64,000 bases of DNA from a virus, in the IMG/VR virus record IMGVR_UViG_3300029414_000238. One strand, given 5' to 3'. Below, one piece after another: positions 58,829 through 64,000 of this stretch (positions within the stretch are counted from its first letter, which is position 1; every line of letters starts with the position of its first letter). A program made the translations under genes and the position numbers. The notes under the pieces are model-generated. The model was given only the letters and a program-made list of their open reading frames with translations, searched no databases and had not been told where the DNA came from.

Positions 58829-59023
58829 TCAGGTGTTGTGGTATCCAATGGTGCTTCGCCTCTGTTTACCAGCTCCTGCCTCAGCTTCCACGAAAACACA
58901 TCCGGGAACCGGATGCCCGCAGTTCATTGTATCTTCAGTCAGCGAGTCCATGCCCCAGAAAAACAGGCATGGAAGCACGCGGTCTCGGCCGTGTGAGGCT
59001 TCATTGCCATCCATATCAAACAT
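58829..59023 (-). CDS. hypothetical small protein; a decayed antisense-homologous copy lies at 16286-16350
   Basis: RBS AAAATGGAGGAAAATTT before ATG; 64 aa. About 80 nt are homologous to 16286-16365, where the reading frame is broken. Confidence 0.3.
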   Translation of the reverse strand: MFDMDGNEASHGRDRVLPCLFFWGMDSLTEDTMNCGHPVPGCVFVEAEAGAGKQRRSTIGYHNT

Positions 59024-59329
59024 AAATTTTCCTCCATTTTCTCATAAAAATTACAGATCCTCGGTTTTTTGTTGTGCGCCGCACGGCTTCTTTCATAGTT
59101 TCCTGTGCGGGAAATTGTACAGAATGGAAGCGCGGGTTGTACGATTTTTGAAGCCGTCTGGAGCGGGGCACGGGGCGCGTATCCTGTTTTTCTTACTTTC
59201 CGCCCCATTTTCCTATGGGTTTCTGCTCCGCTGCCTGCCATACTTTTTGCCTCCGCTCTTTACCCTGTTTCCTGCTTTGTGCGGCTGGTGGTACTGTTTT
59301 GTGGTACTGTTTCCAAAAAAAACGCAGTT

Positions 59330-61030
59330 CCGTCCCAGAAAGTGATACTACTTTGCGTGATGACTTTGTTTCGAGGTGATACTATTTCCAAAAATTCTGT
59401 AGAAAATCCAGTAAAACATAAGGGCACCCGCGGAAATCGGCCGTCACAAAAAACTAAGCTGGAAGCTGCCGCGTCTTCGCGTGCAGATCAATTAGAAACC
59501 AGCTTCCGTACAGAAAGAAACCCTTCTGCCAAGAAAACAACGCAGAATTTTCCAATACCAGCTTTCCAAAGCCCCAGAAGAGTACAGCAGGAGAGCAGCC
59601 TTTCGGTGGAAAATAGTATCAGTAAAGCAGGCCGGAGTAAAGAAAAACAACAAAAATGGTATCACCAGAAGAACAGAAAATAGTATCACCTCAAAAATAG
59701 TTTCAGTAAACCAGCTCCCACATACCGATAAGGAAATATCCGGATAAAGACAGATTGCTGCTGATACTATTTCCCGTACAGATACTTGCTGCGCATGGAT
59801 ATCGCCTGATACTAGCCTGATACTATTTTCCATATCCGTCCCCGCACATTTCCCCCACACCTGCTGATACTATTTTCACCGCACGGATATCGCCTGATAC
59901 TTTTTTTTTAGTGATACTATTTTAAACACATAGAATTCGAGTGGTTTAGGCAAATACTGTAAGGACTAGGGCAGAAGCACAGAAAATACAAGAAAACCGG
60001 GTGATACTACTATTCCTTTATAAATCCGTCCAAATAGTATCACCTTTGTGGTATTGGATAGTATCACCTTATTGGTACTATATAGTATCACCCGTATGAT
60101 ACTTAACAAAAGGAAAACATACAGATCCTGCCGCTTTCGTATCAACTTGCTGATATTAAATAGTATCACCTTATTGATACTAAGCAGTATCACCTTTATG
60201 GTATTCTTTTCTTTCCCATTTTTCTCCCTGGTTCCACGCAAGCCTGTGAAATAAGTATAGGAAGCGGCAGACAGGGGAGGGTGGGAGTATTTTTTATGTT
60301 CAAAAGTATCACCTTACTGATACTAAACAGTATCACCTTTATGGTACTGAATACAGAAACGACCGTGGCAATCCATTTTAGTATCATCTTGTTGGTACTA
60401 TGTAGTATCACCTTGCTGATACAAATCTTACCGCAAGAACGCGAGAAAGCAGGAATAACAGGACAAAACAGGGATACACCTTGAACATAAGGGGAGGGGA
60501 TGGGAAGTAAAAAGAAAACAAAAGTATCACCTTGGTGGTACGGTGTAGTATCACCTTACTGATATGATACATGGTAGAGGACAGAGAAAACGTGTGGGGT
60601 ACGTGGGAGAGACAAGGAAGAAGCAGGGTATCCCGGCGGTCATCTGGTGCTTTTATTCCGGGCAGAGCCGGCCTGACCGCTTTATGAAACTACAGACACT
60701 GATGCTTTGCGGCGCATATACAGTACAAATGTGCTTGTGTGGCGCCGCAGAAGGGTGAATGCGGGAAGAAAAAGGGAAAGGTAAGAAAGAATACCGTAAA
60801 AGTTCATAAGGACGTGCAAGAATACAGCACGGACAAAACGTGTGGGGCGCGAGAACTCAAGAACGCAAGAATTCAAGAAATAGTATCACCAAGGTGGTAT
60901 CACTTAGTATCAGTAAGGTGATACCGGTACTGGTACTGGAAATACAGGAGGAAGATCAGGGATGGTACTGGGAACTACCTTGGAATGTGTAAAATAGTAT
61001 CACCAAGGTGGTATGTTTCCGTGGCGCGAT
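59330..61030. repeat. iteron field: more than 20 copies of AGTATCACC / GGTGATACT, mostly in pairs spaced about 25 bp apart
   Basis: For example tagtatcaccttattggtactatatagtatcacc (60054, 60079); 60161/60186; 60306/60331; 60522/60546; 60880; 60995. Inverted copies gtgatactat sit at 59338, 59375, 59765, 59815, 59868, 59902 and 60000. Confidence 0.75.
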
Positions 61031-61633
61031 ACAGAGCGTACAGAGTGTGAGTACAGCACAAGGGAACAACGCGAGAATGCAAGAAAAGAATTCGGGCAAG
61101 GAACCTGTAGTGTGGGTAGCAGATGTGAGGTGTGAGGGCGTGGATTGCAGGCAGAATACAAGAACGCAAGAATGCAAGAAATGTGCTAAAGTGGAGGAAA
61201 TACTTTATTTGTACGGTGCGAAAATGTATAGAGGTGGGGAAAAAGATGGATATATAGGGGGAAAGTGGAGGATGTTTCCGTAAACTTCTTAATGCGTGGA
61301 GTGGTGTGGGCGCGGACTTATGTACGGTGGTTTTATAACTGAGCGCGGGTAAGTGGACTGTGGTGCAGTGTGAGGTTAGCGCGGACTTATTGTGCAGGAA
61401 GTACTGGGCGGAGCGCGGGCAGGGTGAATACAAGAGTGCAAGAGCGTTAAAACATGAAAACGTGAAAGCGCAAGAAAAGCTTCGTGGAAGAAAAAAGGGG
61501 ATAAATGTGGGGTGAGATATGAGAAAGGAAGGATGATGTGGAAACAGGGTTCCGTGGAGCAGATGGCAGATGAGAGGTGTGAGTAGAGGATTGGGAGGAA
61601 AGCAAGAAAGCGAGAAAACAAGAAAGTACTGGG

Positions 61634-61690
61634 GGCAAAGTGCTATAGCACCTAATACTTTGCCAAAGTCCTGTCGCAAACTTTTTTTTA
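61634..61690 (+). promoter_or_regulatory. palindromic hairpin plus T-run immediately upstream of the MobV gene (candidate oriT or terminator)
   Basis: ggcaaagtgctatagcacctaatactttgcc contains the perfect palindrome AGTGCTATAGCACT and is followed by ctttttttta. Confidence 0.35.
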
Positions 61691-61731
61691 TTTCATATTG
61701 TGGTTGCAGGGGTAAGGAAGGAGAATAAAAT

Positions 61732-62787
61732 ATGTCTTCAGTTAACTGGGGCGGCAATCACGGAAGTGCAAAATGCAGCAAAAAAGATCATATCCGCGGA
61801 GTAAATCTTTTAAAGCATTGTGATCAGACGTTCCGAGCTGATCCAACAAAGCAGCACAGCAATATCGAGATTGATCCGTCAAAGTCATATCAGAACCAAA
61901 ACTTCACAGGAATGTCATGGAAGGAATCAAGGGAAAAATGGGAAAAACGTCTTGTGGAACTAGATAGAACAACAAATACAAACAAAAGGGATGACCGGGT
62001 TGAAATGACAAGTCTGGAAATGCCGGTACCGCTTGGAATGACAAATGAAAAAGCAAAGGAGTTGTTTCAAGATTTTTACGATATGTGCCGGGAAAAATTC
62101 GGGGATGAGAATATCATCAGCGCAACAAGCCACTTTGATGAGATCGCTCCTTACACGGATGCGAAAGACGGAATGATTAAAGTATCCAGACCTCACATTC
62201 ACATTCAGGTTGTTCCGGAGGTAAATGGAAAATTAAGCAACAAGGATTTCTCTTCCCTGACCAATATCCTGAAAATGAACCAGGCAGTTGAAAAGCTGTG
62301 CAACGAAAAGTACCACGTAAGATTTAACACAGGGGAAACCCCAAGGCGGCAGAGTACGGAACATCTGAAAAAGAATTCCCGGTATGCAGAGAAGCTTACA
62401 AAGGAAGTAAACCAGAGACAGGAATATATGAAAAATATAATCCTTGATGACGGACGGACCGCGGAAGATGATTTTATGGATGGCGGTGATGGATCGGTTG
62501 TAAATGAGGAAAAGAATAAAATTCCAGAAGAGTTGGTGAAGCAGAGAGATGATGCTTACAGAGAGAAAAATGAACAGGGAAAAATTCTTAAGCAGATGCA
62601 GGAGGAGAATGAAAGATTAAAACGGGAAATCAAGGAACGTGACTACAAAAGGAAATGCATCGAAAAAGGGATTGAGTTGCAGAAAAACGGGGAATCGATA
62701 CGTGAAGAATTGCATTCACTTTTAAGTAATCTTGAGGAAACAGGACGGGAGGAACTTGATTTTACGGAAGATCTTGACAGATCCTGA
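61732..62787 (+). CDS. MobV-family (Mob_Pre / plasmid recombination enzyme) relaxase
   Basis: N-terminal GGNHGSAKCSKKDH..R and the HxDE...PHxHxxVVP motif (SHFDEIAPYTD...SRPHIHIQVVPEVNGKLS) match pMV158 MobM (VHLDESTPHMHMGVVPFENGKLS). The C-terminus is a coiled coil. Confidence 0.7.
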   Translation: MSSVNWGGNHGSAKCSKKDHIRGVNLLKHCDQTFRADPTKQHSNIEIDPSKSYQNQNFTGMSWKESREKWEKRLVELDRTTNTNKRDDRVEMTSLEMPVPLGMTNEKAKELFQDFYDMCREKFGDENIISATSHFDEIAPYTDAKDGMIKVSRPHIHIQVVPEVNGKLSNKDFSSLTNILKMNQAVEKLCNEKYHVRFNTGETPRRQSTEHLKKNSRYAEKLTKEVNQRQEYMKNIILDDGRTAEDDFMDGGDGSVVNEEKNKIPEELVKQRDDAYREKNEQGKILKQMQEENERLKREIKERDYKRKCIEKGIELQKNGESIREELHSLLSNLEETGREELDFTEDLDRS

Positions 62788-62872
62788 TGTGGCAGACTGG
62801 TCAAGCGGAAGAAATAATAATACATATTGTTGTTATCCGGATATCCGGAGGAAATTACAGGAGGAATGACAG

Positions 62873-64000
62873 ATGGAAGAAGCAAACAAAGTGGTGAACA
62901 ACACAATAAAAACTCTTGATCCAATGGCAAGCGTGATTGTCGGGACAGTTACAGGATCAGTCGATACACTTTTAAGACATTTAACAATGGTGCAGAAGTT
63001 ATCTATGCTTTTGCAGGAAGCAGAGATGGCAAACAAAGACCTGCTGGATAAACTGGCGAAACAGAGCATGGATGTGGAAACGTTCAAACAGGACAAGCAG
63101 GATGAGATTCAGAGGGAGACAGGGCTGTCCGTTGTAGAAGCGGAAGATCTTGCAATTAAAGAAGCCGATAAATACTGGGTTGAGAAATATGGTGACTCGA
63201 TTGGATTCGTACAATTAGACAACAGGGACTGCTTCAATTTTGAAAGGGAAATGGCGGCAGGTCATATGCCATTTGTCATGATGCCGGTCCATGCACAGGA
63301 TTACACTTCGATCTATATGGTATCCGGCGACAACATGGAACAGATCATGGATATCGCAGCAAAATTTGAAAGCCAGTCCTTATTCATGGATGCAGACAAA
63401 GCAAATGATCTTATGAATGACAGCTTTGTCCGTCAGATGGAAAATCTTTCTTATCCGCAGATGCAACAGGTCCAGCTTATTCTCGCAGAAAAAGGAATTG
63501 CTTCCCGGATCAGGGAAGACCCGAACAAGAACCTTTTCCTTGTGTCAGAAAAAGATATTGGTTCTCCGGAAAAAGAAAAAATCTTCAATGAAGCGGTCGG
63601 GGTTGTAGCTTTGCAGAAGACAACAAAGCTTTACAAAGCGATGGAGCAGGTTCAGGCTGTCAATATGAAAGCATTCGAACCGATTAGCCGGATCATGGAC
63701 GGCGAAAAAGTAAAAGGCATTACGATTTATGACTCCGCACATCCGGAAAATTATATTGTCCTCAGAACGGGAGGAGCGATCGTATATAAGAATCAGGAGA
63801 TTGAAAAAGAACTGAATTTTGCAAATCCGGAATGTGTCAAAGAGCTGCAGGATACATTCCATTTCTATGTCTGTCCCGCTTCGACAGAAGGAAGAATACA
63901 GGAATTTTCATTAAGAGAACTTGCAAAGCCGTATGTATCTTTATCTATAATTGAGCAGATGAACGGGATCCAGAAAGACTACATGGAACATCTTTTTGAA
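62873..64000 (+). CDS. hypothetical protein, partial; runs off the window end
   Basis: RBS GGAGGAATGACAG before ATG 62873; the reading frame is open to position 64000. Confidence 0.45.
   Translation, partial: MEEANKVVNNTIKTLDPMASVIVGTVTGSVDTLLRHLTMVQKLSMLLQEAEMANKDLLDKLAKQSMDVETFKQDKQDEIQRETGLSVVEAEDLAIKEADKYWVEKYGDSIGFVQLDNRDCFNFEREMAAGHMPFVMMPVHAQDYTSIYMVSGDNMEQIMDIAAKFESQSLFMDADKANDLMNDSFVRQMENLSYPQMQQVQLILAEKGIASRIREDPNKNLFLVSEKDIGSPEKEKIFNEAVGVVALQKTTKLYKAMEQVQAVNMKAFEPISRIMDGEKVKGITIYDSAHPENYIVLRTGGAIVYKNQEIEKELNFANPECVKELQDTFHFYVCPASTEGRIQEFSLRELAKPYVSLSIIEQMNGIQKDYMEHLFE

Noticed and set aside
58779-59683. Plus-strand ORFs 58779-59345 and 59105-59683, and minus-strand ORFs 58939-59241 and 60975-61757
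   Set aside because: They sit in a GC- and purine-skewed non-coding region containing the iterons. The translations are Pro/Ser/Arg-rich low-complexity sequences without RBSs. Only the small minus-strand ORF 58829-59023 has a convincing GGAGG RBS.

Overview
This is an AT-rich, Firmicutes-like accessory region with phage and plasmid character, built from shuffled paralogous gene cassettes. Recognisable genes, left to right: a window-truncated IS110-family transposase; a C5-cytosine DNA methyltransferase, with a decayed, insertion-split second copy near 55.7-57.2 kb; an SPFH/flotillin gene; a minus-strand array of 13 tRNA genes; a type I-C Cascade operon (cas5c-cas8c-cas7c, 18061-21384) with no cas3, cas4, cas1 or cas2 anywhere in the window, followed by an 11-repeat CRISPR array; two HAD-like paralogs; a split FtsH-like pair (M41 peptidase membrane protein plus a separate AAA ATPase); an N4/N6 DNA methyltransferase; a TnpB-like RuvC protein whose zinc finger has been lost, flanked by two identical 18-bp hairpins; lipoprotein and small membrane-protein cassettes; an HNH endonuclease and YopX-like phage modules; and, at the right end, an iteron field, a candidate oriT and a MobV (Mob_Pre) relaxase. 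Two features stand out. First, besides the main array there are five satellite mini-arrays and one solo degenerate repeat of the same I-C repeat family, at 13.96, 15.66, 17.36, 18.02, 42.9 and 57.3 kb, each sitting at a gene end or in a 5' leader. Second, a conserved promoter-like cassette of about 50 bp occurs eight times (plus one weaker copy), upstream of unrelated cargo genes and of the cas operon, and several copies are followed by structured, tRNA-like RNA leaders. A nuclease-less Cascade, dispersed degenerate mini-arrays and a shared promoter cassette together suggest a Cascade-based regulatory or inter-element competition system rather than canonical interference. All calls come from reading the sequence and the ORF track only; no searches were run.
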